NCBI GenBank assembly: GCA_021810345.1
Contig: JAJZIX010000005.1
Location: 1-58,623, forward strand
Origin: Nanobdellota archaeon
GTDB lineage: Archaea; Nanobdellota; Nanobdellia; Parvarchaeales; Parvarchaeaceae
Direction: 5' to 3'
DNA length: 58,623 nt
Below the pieces are notes generated by a model. It worked only from the letters and a program-made list of their open reading frames with translations. It had not been told where the DNA came from and did not search any database. Each line of letters opens with the position of its first letter. The first letter of the stretch is position 1. Shown here in pieces: positions 49,383 through 58,623 of this stretch. A program made the translations under genes and the position numbers.

Positions 49383-50507
49383 ATGGAAAATTTTCAGGCA
49401 GGTTCTGTTAGTCAGGGCACAAAGTCAGCGAATTTTGAGGCAAGTAGGACAAAGGAATTTGATAAGTCTCTTGAGGAATTGATTTCTTCGAGGAGAACCA
49501 GCATAAAGGTCGTCGGCGTCGGCGGTTCTGGTAACAATACTCTCAGTAGAATGTTTGAAGTCGGCATAAAGGGGGCCGAATTAATAGCAATCAACACAGA
49601 TGCTGCAGATTTGCTGTGCACCCCGGCGGATAAGAAGATCCTGATAGGTAAGGAATTGACAAATGGCCTTGGGGCTGGGGCTGATCCAAGCGTTGGTGAA
49701 GCCGCTGCAAAGGAGCAGGAGCAAGAGATAAAAGAAGCGCTTCAGGGTTCTGACATGGTTTTTATATGCTGCGGTATGGGCGGCGGAACAGGAACAGGAG
49801 CTGCTCCAGTGGTTGCTCAAGTGGCTAAGAAACTAAATGCTTTAACCATAGCAGTGGTCACGCTGCCTTTCAAAGCCGAGGGTAAGAGGAGAATGACTTC
49901 TGCATTAAATGGCGTCGAAAAGCTCAGAAACAGTGTGGACACGCTTATAACAGTTCCAAACGAGAAGCTTATGGCGATTGCGCCCGGCCTTCCTTTCCCG
50001 ATAGCCCTTAAGATAGCAGATGATGTGCTTACAAATGCCGTAAAAGGTATAACCGAACTTATAACCAAACCAGGACTGATAAACGTGGATTTTGCCGATG
50101 TGAAGCGTATAATGTCTAATGGCGGAGTTGCACTCATAGGTACCGGCGAGAGTGACGCAAAGGACAAGAAGCTTGAAGCAGTAGTGGAAAAGGTTTTGAA
50201 TAATCCTCTTATTGATGTGGACGTAGCAAGCGCCAAGGGAATGCTGATTGATGTCACCGGCGGGCCAACTATGACGCTGGAAGAAGCGAATAAGGTAGTT
50301 GATTTGATAGGACAGAAATTGCCTGAGGATATAAACATAATATGGGGCGCGCATATCTTCCCTGATTTAAAGAACACTATCAAAACGCTTGTTATAATAA
50401 CGGGTGTAAGTTCTCGCCAGATAACAGGAAAGTCAATATCTGAAGACAAGCAGCTTAAAGAAAGGCAGGAAGTAGAAGAAGAGCTTGGTATAACGTTCCT
50501 TACATAG
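49383..50507 (+). CDS. ftsZ: Cell division protein FtsZ
   Basis: VGVGGSGNN, GMGGGTGTG, INVDFAD. Confidence 0.97.
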   Translation: MENFQAGSVSQGTKSANFEASRTKEFDKSLEELISSRRTSIKVVGVGGSGNNTLSRMFEVGIKGAELIAINTDAADLLCTPADKKILIGKELTNGLGAGADPSVGEAAAKEQEQEIKEALQGSDMVFICCGMGGGTGTGAAPVVAQVAKKLNALTIAVVTLPFKAEGKRRMTSALNGVEKLRNSVDTLITVPNEKLMAIAPGLPFPIALKIADDVLTNAVKGITELITKPGLINVDFADVKRIMSNGGVALIGTGESDAKDKKLEAVVEKVLNNPLIDVDVASAKGMLIDVTGGPTMTLEEANKVVDLIGQKLPEDINIIWGAHIFPDLKNTIKTLVIITGVSSRQITGKSISEDKQLKERQEVEEELGITFLT

Positions 50508-50509
50508 TT

Positions 50510-50941
50510 ATGGTGGAGGATACAAAGAGCCTTGCCGAAGCAAATAAGCAAGAAACAAAAGATTCGATTCAAAGCTCCGATGCAGGGAAGGCCGTAGAAG
50601 AGAAAAAACAGGAGCAGAAGCCTGCTGAGCAGGCCCCGGTACAAGCGGAGCGCAAACAGAGCCAGCCGCAGCCGGCTGAGACCAGGCAGTTGCCGCCGCC
50701 TTTTCAGAGAAAACAGAGAAAGCTGAGGCTTTACAAAGTAAAGAACCTGTTCAAGAAACTGCATCCAGTGACTGTGAAATCCAAGCTTCATTATTACTGG
50801 TTTGAGTATAGTAGGGTGCTCCACCTTGCTAGAAAACCAACAAGGAGCGAATATAAAGAGCTAGCCATAATGGTGACGCTCGGCACAATAATTATCGGTG
50901 CAATAGGGTTTGTTGTACAGCTAATAATCCAGTATATCTAA
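50510..50941 (+). CDS. secE: SecE/Sec61-gamma with N-terminal Q/E/P-rich extension
   Basis: EYSRVLHLARKPTRSEY plus C-terminal TM helix; follows ftsZ. Confidence 0.85.
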   Translation: MVEDTKSLAEANKQETKDSIQSSDAGKAVEEKKQEQKPAEQAPVQAERKQSQPQPAETRQLPPPFQRKQRKLRLYKVKNLFKKLHPVTVKSKLHYYWFEYSRVLHLARKPTRSEYKELAIMVTLGTIIIGAIGFVVQLIIQYI

Positions 50942-50954
50942 TTTTAATTACATA

Positions 50955-51099
50955 AAGTCGGCATAAAGCCCATGATTTTAATCGTGGGATGAAGGCGATG
51001 GAACAAATAAATATAATGGAAAACAGGGTAAGATATGATACTGACATTTAAAGTCAAACACAACAGAGATTTTTCGAAAGAGTTATCGGAGGATATCAG
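50955..51099 (+). mobile_element. Second IS200/IS605 mini-remnant
   Basis: Hairpin CCCATGAT-TTTA-ATCGTGGG (50969-50988) nearly identical to that at 44723; TnpB-like start MILTFKVKHNRDFSKEL at 51035; right-end-like GGAGGATATCAG. Confidence 0.6.
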
Positions 51100-51126
51100 T
51101 TATACTGAGAATTCTATTGAGGTATT

Positions 51127-51609
51127 ATGCAAAACAGAATAATCATCAAGCTTGACAGCAGTTTGGCCGCGTTTATAGACTCGTTGAGAGGTCCGCTGTC
51201 TAGGGAAAGATTCATAGAGCAGTCTCTCAAAAAAGTCTCAGACATATTTGAGGCAGTGTGGTTCTTGTCCAGTGAGATTCATAGCCTAAAGGCCGGCAAA
51301 AAATCATCCGGAAAAGCCATTCCAAAGGGTTTAAAGCACTACGGTTTAGTCGAAGTACAGCTGAAAACACTTGATTTTTATAGCAGGGACTTCGAGCTTC
51401 TTTTTTCTATAGACTTTGACTCTATCAAAAACATGAGTATAAAGGCTGATCACAGTTTTGAAAAGCTGATCCGCTTGAAACACGTGAATCCGCCGCTCCA
51501 CTTCGACTTTGATCATGACAGGATCTACTTATTTACCAGAGGGTTCGACGAGATAAGATTTAAGGGCGATAATAAAAGGTTTATAAGCCTCTTAAAGAAT
51601 AATATCTGA
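51127..51609 (+). CDS. Hypothetical protein, possible N-terminal ribbon-helix-helix
   Basis: RIIIKLDSSLAAFIDSLRGPLSRERFI resembles CopG/RHH. Confidence 0.5.
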   Translation: MQNRIIIKLDSSLAAFIDSLRGPLSRERFIEQSLKKVSDIFEAVWFLSSEIHSLKAGKKSSGKAIPKGLKHYGLVEVQLKTLDFYSRDFELLFSIDFDSIKNMSIKADHSFEKLIRLKHVNPPLHFDFDHDRIYLFTRGFDEIRFKGDNKRFISLLKNNI

Positions 51610-51626
51610 TAAATTAGAGGCAACCG

Positions 51627-52505
51627 ATGAATGTATTAATTTATTTAGCTGCAGTTCTAACGACTACAATATCGTTTGCGCTGATATCTATACTTGGCAG
51701 ACTTGTTTTGAGGAAAGGTAAAAACTCAATCCCGTTTAGATCTTTTGTGCCGTTATTCCTGCTTGTAAGTGCAATCATAACGCTGTCTCTTTCATTTGCT
51801 GTTACTGGCAGAATATCTCTGCCTGGTGGCTTTTATCCCCTGGTTTTCGTGATGGGCGCGCTGTACACTGCCGCTTCGTATATTGTGTTTTACTCGCTTG
51901 AAAACGAAAAAGGCGGGTTAATAGGCACCGTGAGCTCCACACAGGTGCTTTTTATTGCATTCTTTAGTTCACTTCTTTTTGTGCATTCCGATGTAATAAA
52001 GTCCTCCATCGCTGTAGTACTTATGCTGATAGGTGTCTTTCTGGTATCGGCAAATAGCCTCAGGACTGCTAAATTCTCAAAGTTTGTCTTCTTAGCATTG
52101 TTTGGGACGCTTCTGTGGGTAGCCATGTGGCTGTTGTTTTATGGCACGCTGCCAAGTGGGGTACCTTCTATGCTGGCGTATGGTTGGCTTTCATTGTTTG
52201 CATTTGTAGCGTGCATACCCGCGGTTTTCTTGACTAAACAGAAATTGGTGGATTTCTCCAAAGTTATGCGCAAAAGTCAGTACAGCAAGTACATCCTGCT
52301 TGTGTCTGTAGTCAATTCAATCGGAACAATCCTATATTCATATACTTACGTTTTAAATGCCGTGCTCACACCCCTGATCGTTGAAACCGAGGTGTTTTTT
52401 GTCCTAGTCCTGGCCTACTTCCTACTTAAAGAGAGATTCAAGATAATACAAATTCTGGGCGCACTGATCGTTGTTTCTGCAGTATTCTTTTTCTTGCTTG
52501 TGTAA
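51627..52505 (+). CDS. DMT/EamA-family transporter
   Basis: About 10 TM helices in two repeats; LAYFLLKER...QILGA. Confidence 0.82.
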   Translation: MNVLIYLAAVLTTTISFALISILGRLVLRKGKNSIPFRSFVPLFLLVSAIITLSLSFAVTGRISLPGGFYPLVFVMGALYTAASYIVFYSLENEKGGLIGTVSSTQVLFIAFFSSLLFVHSDVIKSSIAVVLMLIGVFLVSANSLRTAKFSKFVFLALFGTLLWVAMWLLFYGTLPSGVPSMLAYGWLSLFAFVACIPAVFLTKQKLVDFSKVMRKSQYSKYILLVSVVNSIGTILYSYTYVLNAVLTPLIVETEVFFVLVLAYFLLKERFKIIQILGALIVVSAVFFFLLV

Positions 52506-52549
52506 GCATACAGCGTAAGGGTTAAAAACTTGCAATCCCTAATTCTTGA

Positions 52550-54970
52550 GTGGTAGAACGCAGTCAGGAAAAAACAGATATACAGAAATCTACGGTTGAT
52601 GAGCTGATGAAACGGCTGTCTTCATCCGAGGATGGGCTCTCTACAGCAGAAGCAAACAACAGGCTGAAGTTATACGGCCCAAACGAGATTAAAGAGAAAA
52701 AGAAAAGCAGTCTACGTATCCTTTTAATGAAATTTGTGGGTCCTATACCACTTATGCTTTTTGTTATAATAGGGATTTCATTGTTTCTTGGGAAGAATAT
52801 AGACGCATATATAATTCTAGGACTAGTGTTTTTTAACGCCTTTGCAGGTTTTGCCGAGGAGTATAAAGCCGATAATACGCTCGAATTGCTGAGAAAGAAG
52901 CTTTCTGTGATGGTTTTAGTGCTTAGAGACAAAACTTGGAGCAAAATACCTTCAAAATCTATTGTGCCTGGTGATATAATAAGGCTCAGGATTGGTGATA
53001 TCGTACCCGCAGATTGCAAAATAACAGAAGGAGACTATCTATCAGTCGACCAATCAATGCTAACAGGAGAGTCTCTCCCTGTGGATAAGACAGAAGGGGA
53101 CGTTGTCTATTCATCATCAACAGTAAAGCAGGGAGAAGCTACAGCACTTGTTGTTTCTACGGGCATAAACACTTCTTTTGGTAAAACAGCCGAGCTTGTT
53201 AAAATCGCGAGAAGTAGGATGCATCTGGAAAGCGATATCCTAAGACTGATAAAGTATCTGGTGGCTGTAGATGTTGTGCTAATCGCAGTCGTTCTTATAT
53301 TCTCATCATTGTCTGGCGTGAGCTTCTCGGAAGTAATCCCTTTCTCTCTTTTGGTGCTTCTCGCATCCGTTCCGGTCGCCCTTCCATCTGCCTTTACGGT
53401 AGCAATGGCTTATGGGACAGAGCGACTTAGCTCAAAGAATATCCTTGTGACAAGGCTGGAAGCTATAGAAGAAGCATCTACAATGAATGTGATATGCCTT
53501 GATAAGACGGGCACCATCACTAAAAATTCACTTTCCGTTTCAAAGGCTTATGGCTACGATAACTTTTCAGACAGTGATGTGCTAAAGTACGCTGCTCTGG
53601 CCTCTAGAGTGGAGGATTCGGATGAGATAGACATGGCTATACTGTCGGCTCAAAAGGCAGAGGGGTCAGACTTATCCAAGTACAAAAGAAGCAACTTTAC
53701 TCCGTTTGATCCTTCTACTAAGATGTCAAAATCAGAAGTATTATACAATGGTAGTAGCATGACAGTAGTTAAAGGCTTTCCAGATAAGATCCTGTCGCTG
53801 TGCAAACTAGCCAAGTCAGATGAAGAAAGCGAGAGAAAGAAGATAAACGACCTTGCCTCAAAAGGATTTAGGATAATCGCCGTTGCTGTGGATGATGGTG
53901 GCTGGAAATTCGTCGGGTTTGTGCCTCTAAGCGACATGCCACGCGAAGACAGCGCCAAGTTTATAAGCGAGCTAAAGAACTTGGGCCTCAAAATCAAGAT
54001 GCTGACAGGTGATAGCGAGCAAACAGCGGAAGCAGTCGCTTCTGAGGTCGGAATAGGTAATAAGATACTTGACGTAAGCCAATTGCAGGGGCAGACAGAA
54101 GGACAGATAGCAAAGCTAGTGAGCGAAAACGACGGATTCTCGGGAATTTTTCCAAAGGATAAATACCTAATAGTCAAAGCGCTGCAAGACTCTGGGTCGC
54201 ATGTCGGTATGACTGGGGACGGAGTAAACGATGCTCCGGCCTTGAAGCAGGCTGAGGTGGGCATTGCTGTCTCTAATGCCACAGACGTTGCAAAGAGCGC
54301 AGCCGCCTTAGTATTGACTTCTGAGGGTATAGAGCCAATAGTGAACGCGATAGAGGAGAGTCGTTCCATATTCGAAAGGATGATAACCTACACTATAAAC
54401 AAAGTCTCCAGGATATTCCAAATAGCATTTTTCTTGTCAGCGGCATTCTTGATACTCAAGTTTTTGCCGATAAGGGCAATACAACTTATCTTGATGATAT
54501 TCCTGAATGACATAGGCAGCATAGCGCTTTCAACTGACCATGAGAGGTACTCCGCCGACCCGGATACCTGGAGCATAAAAACAATTTTTTCAGCTTCTAT
54601 GATATTTGGGATCGCCACAATACTAGAAATATCTATCCTAACATTTTTGGGATTGGCTGTATTCGGGCTGTCCCACCAAGCGTTGCAGACCTTCCTATTC
54701 GTGTCATTTATAATGTCGATTGAATTTATGCTCCTTTCAATAAGGTCAAGGAGCCATTTCTTCAGCTCTTACCCAAGTCTTTTGGTTTCGCTTCAGATTG
54801 TACTTTCTATACTGATAGCCTCGGTATTTGCTGTCTTTGGTGTGTTGATGACACCGATAAGCGTGAACTACGTGCTTTTCATAGCGGGAGTCTCGGTGTT
54901 ATTTTTGGTGGTTGTGGATTATATAAAATACTTCATATATAAGAATATCTCGGAATTCAAGGAGCTCTAA
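52550..54970 (+). CDS. P-type ATPase, likely type IIIA H+-exporting
   Basis: LTGES, VPVALP, DKTGT, MLTGD, GDGVNDAPAL, IFLND. Confidence 0.9.
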   Translation: MVERSQEKTDIQKSTVDELMKRLSSSEDGLSTAEANNRLKLYGPNEIKEKKKSSLRILLMKFVGPIPLMLFVIIGISLFLGKNIDAYIILGLVFFNAFAGFAEEYKADNTLELLRKKLSVMVLVLRDKTWSKIPSKSIVPGDIIRLRIGDIVPADCKITEGDYLSVDQSMLTGESLPVDKTEGDVVYSSSTVKQGEATALVVSTGINTSFGKTAELVKIARSRMHLESDILRLIKYLVAVDVVLIAVVLIFSSLSGVSFSEVIPFSLLVLLASVPVALPSAFTVAMAYGTERLSSKNILVTRLEAIEEASTMNVICLDKTGTITKNSLSVSKAYGYDNFSDSDVLKYAALASRVEDSDEIDMAILSAQKAEGSDLSKYKRSNFTPFDPSTKMSKSEVLYNGSSMTVVKGFPDKILSLCKLAKSDEESERKKINDLASKGFRIIAVAVDDGGWKFVGFVPLSDMPREDSAKFISELKNLGLKIKMLTGDSEQTAEAVASEVGIGNKILDVSQLQGQTEGQIAKLVSENDGFSGIFPKDKYLIVKALQDSGSHVGMTGDGVNDAPALKQAEVGIAVSNATDVAKSAAALVLTSEGIEPIVNAIEESRSIFERMITYTINKVSRIFQIAFFLSAAFLILKFLPIRAIQLILMIFLNDIGSIALSTDHERYSADPDTWSIKTIFSASMIFGIATILEISILTFLGLAVFGLSHQALQTFLFVSFIMSIEFMLLSIRSRSHFFSSYPSLLVSLQIVLSILIASVFAVFGVLMTPISVNYVLFIAGVSVLFLVVVDYIKYFIYKNISEFKEL

Positions 54971-54973
54971 TCC

Positions 54974-55633
54974 TTATTCAATTGATGGTAGTATCTCGAC
55001 TTTGATTTTCCCTTCCAGTAGATCCTTGAACTTTTTTGCGTCTTCTAGCGTGCCTATGCCAGAGCCGTAATGCATGGGTATAACAATATCCGTCTTCATG
55101 TCTTCTGCTGCCTGCGCAGCCTCTTCTGCAGTCATAACGTATATGCCACTGACTGGAAGCAGGGCTATGTCAGTCTTTATGTTTTTCATCTCTGGTATCC
55201 TGTCCGTGTCCCCTGCTATGTATATTTTGACACCGTCAACAATGAAAACATAGCCAACATTGCCCTTGCCTTTTGGATGGAATACCTCGCTGCCCTCCTT
55301 GAACTTATTTATATTATATGATGGCAGGGTCCTTATTGATACGCCTTTAACTTCCTTAAACTCGCCGGGCGATACAAATACCTTTTCATTGTTGAATTCT
55401 GAGAGCTGCGCTTCGCAGTCTTTCGGTGCAATAAGCATAGTATCCTGTTTTACTAGTTTTTTGATGCTTGCCTGTTCAAGATGGTCGTAATGGTCGTGTG
55501 TAATCAGTACCAAATCAGCATCATTATATTCTTTTGAGACTTTGTAAGGATCAGTATAAACTACTAGGTGCCCTCCTTTTATTCTGAAGCAGTCGTGGTG
55601 CAGCCAGCTTATTTCTATATCTTTATATTCCAT
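54974..55633 (-). CDS. MBL-fold metallohydrolase
   Basis: ITHDHYDH, AGDT, IPMHYG. Confidence 0.9.
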   Translation of the reverse strand: MEYKDIEISWLHHDCFRIKGGHLVVYTDPYKVSKEYNDADLVLITHDHYDHLEQASIKKLVKQDTMLIAPKDCEAQLSEFNNEKVFVSPGEFKEVKGVSIRTLPSYNINKFKEGSEVFHPKGKGNVGYVFIVDGVKIYIAGDTDRIPEMKNIKTDIALLPVSGIYVMTAEEAAQAAEDMKTDIVIPMHYGSGIGTLEDAKKFKDLLEGKIKVEILPSIE

Positions 55634-55720
55634 ATGTATTGATTAGTCCTGCTCTTTTATATCTTTTTTGTTAATAGGTGGACAGAAAGCCTTTTATATG
55701 AAGGTGAATTCTTGATAAGA

Positions 55721-56239
55721 ATGATACTCAGCGACAATGATATAAAGGAGGCTATAACTTCGGGTGGGCTTAAAATATCCCCTATTTCTGATGATACGAT
55801 AAGGGAAAACGGAGTAGATTTAAAGGTTGGTACTGAGTTGCTCAGATTCAGGCCGGGGGGGGAGATTAATCTCTTGGATAAGTTGTCACCGGATAAGGTT
55901 TATATTAAGGAGGAGATAAAAGACTCCTTTGTCTTGAACCCACACGAGAAAGTGCTTCTTAAAGTATATGAAGAAATCAAAATGCCGAATAGTCTTGTTG
56001 GTTTTTGTAACTTAAGGTCAACATTCGCCAGGCTCGGTGTGAGCATACCGCCCACTATAGTGGACGCAGGATTCGAAGGCTTTCTTACTATCCTTATAAT
56101 AGGTGGAGAAGAGAAGGTGACTATCCCGGCGGGTATGAGGTTTCTGCACTTAGTTTTCAGTACAACTAAGACGCCAGTTGGCAAACCATACGCCGGCGGC
56201 TATCAGAAAAGTAAGGATGTAACTGGTGCTAAGATATAA
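55721..56239 (+). CDS. dcd: dCTP deaminase / trimeric dUTPase family protein
   Basis: MILSD, RENGVDL, RSTFARLG, IVDAGFEG. Confidence 0.82.
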   Translation: MILSDNDIKEAITSGGLKISPISDDTIRENGVDLKVGTELLRFRPGGEINLLDKLSPDKVYIKEEIKDSFVLNPHEKVLLKVYEEIKMPNSLVGFCNLRSTFARLGVSIPPTIVDAGFEGFLTILIIGGEEKVTIPAGMRFLHLVFSTTKTPVGKPYAGGYQKSKDVTGAKI

Positions 56240-56263
56240 ATCCAAATAACGAGGTAAACTAAT

Positions 56264-56380
56264 ATGAAAAGAAGCTCTAAAAACTGGAAAAAATACCACA
56301 AGGATCGCTGGAAGACCAGAAAGAAGAAGATGCAGGAAAGAAAAAGAAAAAGAAGGCTGATGCGCGAGAGGAGCGCTTAA
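56264..56380 (+). CDS. rpl41e: Probable ribosomal protein L41e (eS32)-like, 38 aa, absent from the ORF track
   Basis: MKRSSKNWKKYHKDRWKTRKKKMQERKRKRRLMRERSA; GAGGT SD upstream. Confidence 0.7.
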   Translation: MKRSSKNWKKYHKDRWKTRKKKMQERKRKRRLMRERSA

Positions 56381-56392
56381 ATCGCTGTTTGG

Positions 56393-56507
56393 GCAGGGGT
56401 AGCGAAGTTTGGTCCAACGTGCAGGACTTAAGGTCTTTTGTTTGATCGACAAAGATATGATATCCTGCGGCTTAGCGCCCTCGTGGGTTCAAATCCCACC
56501 CCCTGCA
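56393..56507 (+). tRNA. tRNA-Leu(TAA) with 29-nt intron 56433-56461 (37/38)
   Basis: GCAGGGG/CCCCTGC acceptor, CAGGA-CTTAAG|A-TCCTG, long variable arm. Confidence 0.9.
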
Positions 56508-56521
56508 GTTCCCTATGGAAA

Positions 56522-57028
56522 TCAGGCCGACAGCTTTTTAACTTCTTTCAGTTCCTTTACTCTCACCGAAGCCGCTCCCCTTATTGGGAAGTGCATGACA
56601 TAGATTTTCGGGTTCATCGTACTTTTTTGAAGCCCAAACCTGAAGTTTTTGGTTTTATTGAATTTCATGAATGTTACCTTGCCTATAAAACAGACAATCT
56701 TTGGCCTATACTTCTTTATTATCATGAGCAATCTATCCACCCCAGCTTTTTCCTCTCCCGTTTTTAGGTCTGAGACGTCTCTAGACGGCCTATCTATCAA
56801 GTTTATGAAGTTTATCTTGTATTTTCCTGCCAAATTTTTGTATACTTGACTAAGATTTTTATCATCTTTAAGGTAGCTCCTGCTTTCCTTTATTAATCTC
56901 GAATCACTCATTAGATACCAGAGCATCTTATTGTTTGAAAATGGTACGCCTCTTTTGTACGAGCCGAAGTGGGGGTTTATCCCCACAAATAATATATCCG
57001 CGTTTTTCGATAGGTGGTATCTTATCAT
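56522..57028 (-). CDS. Mismatch-specific uracil-DNA glycosylase (Mug/TDG family)
   Basis: ILFVGINP, PFSNN, KIVCFIGK. Confidence 0.8.
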   Translation of the reverse strand: MIRYHLSKNADILFVGINPHFGSYKRGVPFSNNKMLWYLMSDSRLIKESRSYLKDDKNLSQVYKNLAGKYKINFINLIDRPSRDVSDLKTGEEKAGVDRLLMIIKKYRPKIVCFIGKVTFMKFNKTKNFRFGLQKSTMNPKIYVMHFPIRGAASVRVKELKEVKKLSA

Positions 57029-57062
57029 ATAATTATTAATATGTATAGTCAATATAATACTA

Positions 57063-57413
57063 ATGATAGAGCTAGAGAGAGTCTATAATTCAAAGAGCAA
57101 AGGATTCAGGATATTAGTAGACAGGGTCTGGCCAAGAGGCCTGACAAAAGAAGCGGTTAATGCGAATGTGTGGATTAAGGATATCGCACCAAGTGATGAG
57201 TTGAGAAAATGGTTCGCACACGACGACAGCAAATGGGGGCAGTTCAGGAAAAAATACAAAAAAGAGCTTAAAACAAAGCAAAACATCGAGAAGCTTAAAG
57301 AAATTAAGGAACTGGAAATAAAAAACAAGAAGATAATACTCCTATTCGGAGCTAAGAACGAAAAGCACAACCAAGCGGTCGTTTTAAAGGAAGTTTTGGA
57401 TAATTTTAGATAA
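57063..57413 (+). CDS. DUF488/YeaO family protein
   Basis: RILVDRVWPRG, APSDELRKWFAH, HNQAVVL. Confidence 0.9.
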   Translation: MIELERVYNSKSKGFRILVDRVWPRGLTKEAVNANVWIKDIAPSDELRKWFAHDDSKWGQFRKKYKKELKTKQNIEKLKEIKELEIKNKKIILLFGAKNEKHNQAVVLKEVLDNFR

Positions 57414-57430
57414 ATGTTTATAAATGATGA

Positions 57431-57760
<330 letters not shown>

Positions 57761-57791
57761 AGTTTAAATCCTACAGCTGTTTAATCTTAGC

Positions 57792-58043
57792 ATGGACAAA
57801 GATGATATATTTGTCGGTCTGAACTCTGAATTTGGAGTTGAATTCGATGATTTGCAGCGTGCTGCGTCGAGAGTGGCCGATTCTCTAGAAAAGGTTAAAA
57901 TAAATTTTGATGATGACTCGGATAAGCTGCTTAGGCTTAAGGAAGGGCTGGACGAAACGGAGGATCTTGTTAAAAAGTTGTTCGATGATATGAGCAACAA
58001 CCAGGTCTCGGTCGAAACTGGCCAACAAAATGCAGGCAATTAA
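57792..58043 (+). CDS. Hypothetical acidic helical protein
   Basis: 83-aa ORF filling the gap before tRNA-Leu(CAA). Confidence 0.55.
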   Translation: MDKDDIFVGLNSEFGVEFDDLQRAASRVADSLEKVKINFDDDSDKLLRLKEGLDETEDLVKKLFDDMSNNQVSVETGQQNAGN

Positions 58044-58077
58044 AATATAAAAGGACAGGTTCTCTATTGTTAATAAT

Positions 58078-58180
58078 GCAGGGGTAGCGAAGCCTGGCCA
58101 AACGTGGCAGACTCAAGAAATCATTTTTTGGGTTATCTGCCCTCTTTGTGAGTTCAAGGGTTCAAATCCCTTCCCCTGCA
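58078..58180 (+). tRNA. tRNA-Leu(CAA) with 17-nt intron 58118-58134 (37/38)
   Basis: GCAGA-CTCAAG|A-TCTGC; BHB helix CTCA/TGGG. Confidence 0.92.
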
Positions 58181-58229
58181 TTTTTTGATTCGATAAAAAC
58201 TATTTATTTACTCTTTCCTTCTCTACCAT

Positions 58230-58623
58230 ATGAGTCTCCCACGAAGATCCCAATCGGCATTGGAGTACATGATGACGTATGGCTGGGCTATTTTGGTCAT
58301 CGTGATAGTTGCAGGTGTATTGTACAGTCTAGGTATATTTTCTCCAACATCCTCATTGTCCTCAACAGTAACCGGTTTCTCCAATTTAGGCAGTGTAACG
58401 GGAGAATGCACTGCTAATGGAATATTAAGGATAAGCTTAGGGGACTCGACAGGTTATCCTATAAATATCACCAGCGTCACAGCAAAATCATCCACGGGCC
58501 AGATATCCACATTTAAGCCAAATTCAACCGTGGACCCAAATCCAATAATCCAGCCTACTTCGAGTTATATATTCTCAGTTCCAAACATCTGTCCGGCAGC
58601 AGGCTCGCGCTATTCTCTGGCCG
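58230..58623 (+). CDS. Class III signal peptide pilin-like protein (3' partial)
   Basis: MSLPRRS/QSALEYMMTYGWAILVIVIVAGVLYSLGIF; runs off the window end. Confidence 0.8.
   Translation, partial: MSLPRRSQSALEYMMTYGWAILVIVIVAGVLYSLGIFSPTSSLSSTVTGFSNLGSVTGECTANGILRISLGDSTGYPINITSVTAKSSTGQISTFKPNSTVDPNPIIQPTSSYIFSVPNICPAAGSRYSLA

Noticed and set aside
49817-50824. 335-aa antisense ORF and similar long shadows (53650-54369, 3304-3927, 11212-11820, 46858-47403, 15508-16005)
   Set aside because: They lie opposite well-supported genes, have shadow-like S/F/I-rich composition and show no motifs.
56409-56767. ORFs overlapping the tRNA-Leu genes (also 58148-58417)
   Set aside because: Artefacts spanning tRNAs or the pilin-like gene in another frame.

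Overview
Gene-dense archaeal chromosome segment with hallmarks of a reduced DPANN archaeon, probably an acidophilic Parvarchaeota/ARMAN-like lineage (inferred from gene content, short BHB tRNA introns and class III signal-peptide proteins). It carries mostly housekeeping genes (lysS, thrS, hel308, ABCE1, trmI, ttuA/SAMP, cbf5, cmk, aglB, ksgA, tfe, rpl40e, rps6e, aIF2-gamma, alba, ftsZ, secE), six tRNAs, an AbiE toxin-antitoxin pair, two internally deleted IS200/IS605 (tnpB) remnants and a KaiC-like / MglA-type GTPase / Roadblock module. The strongest signal is a 12-nt insertion with an in-frame stop codon that splits the catalytic Asp codon of cbf5 and folds as a bulge-helix-bulge motif, i.e. 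a candidate minimal mRNA intron. The same geometry occurs in four tRNA introns in the window, including a non-canonical T-arm (53/54) intron. All calls come from manual reading and motif recognition; no searches were run.
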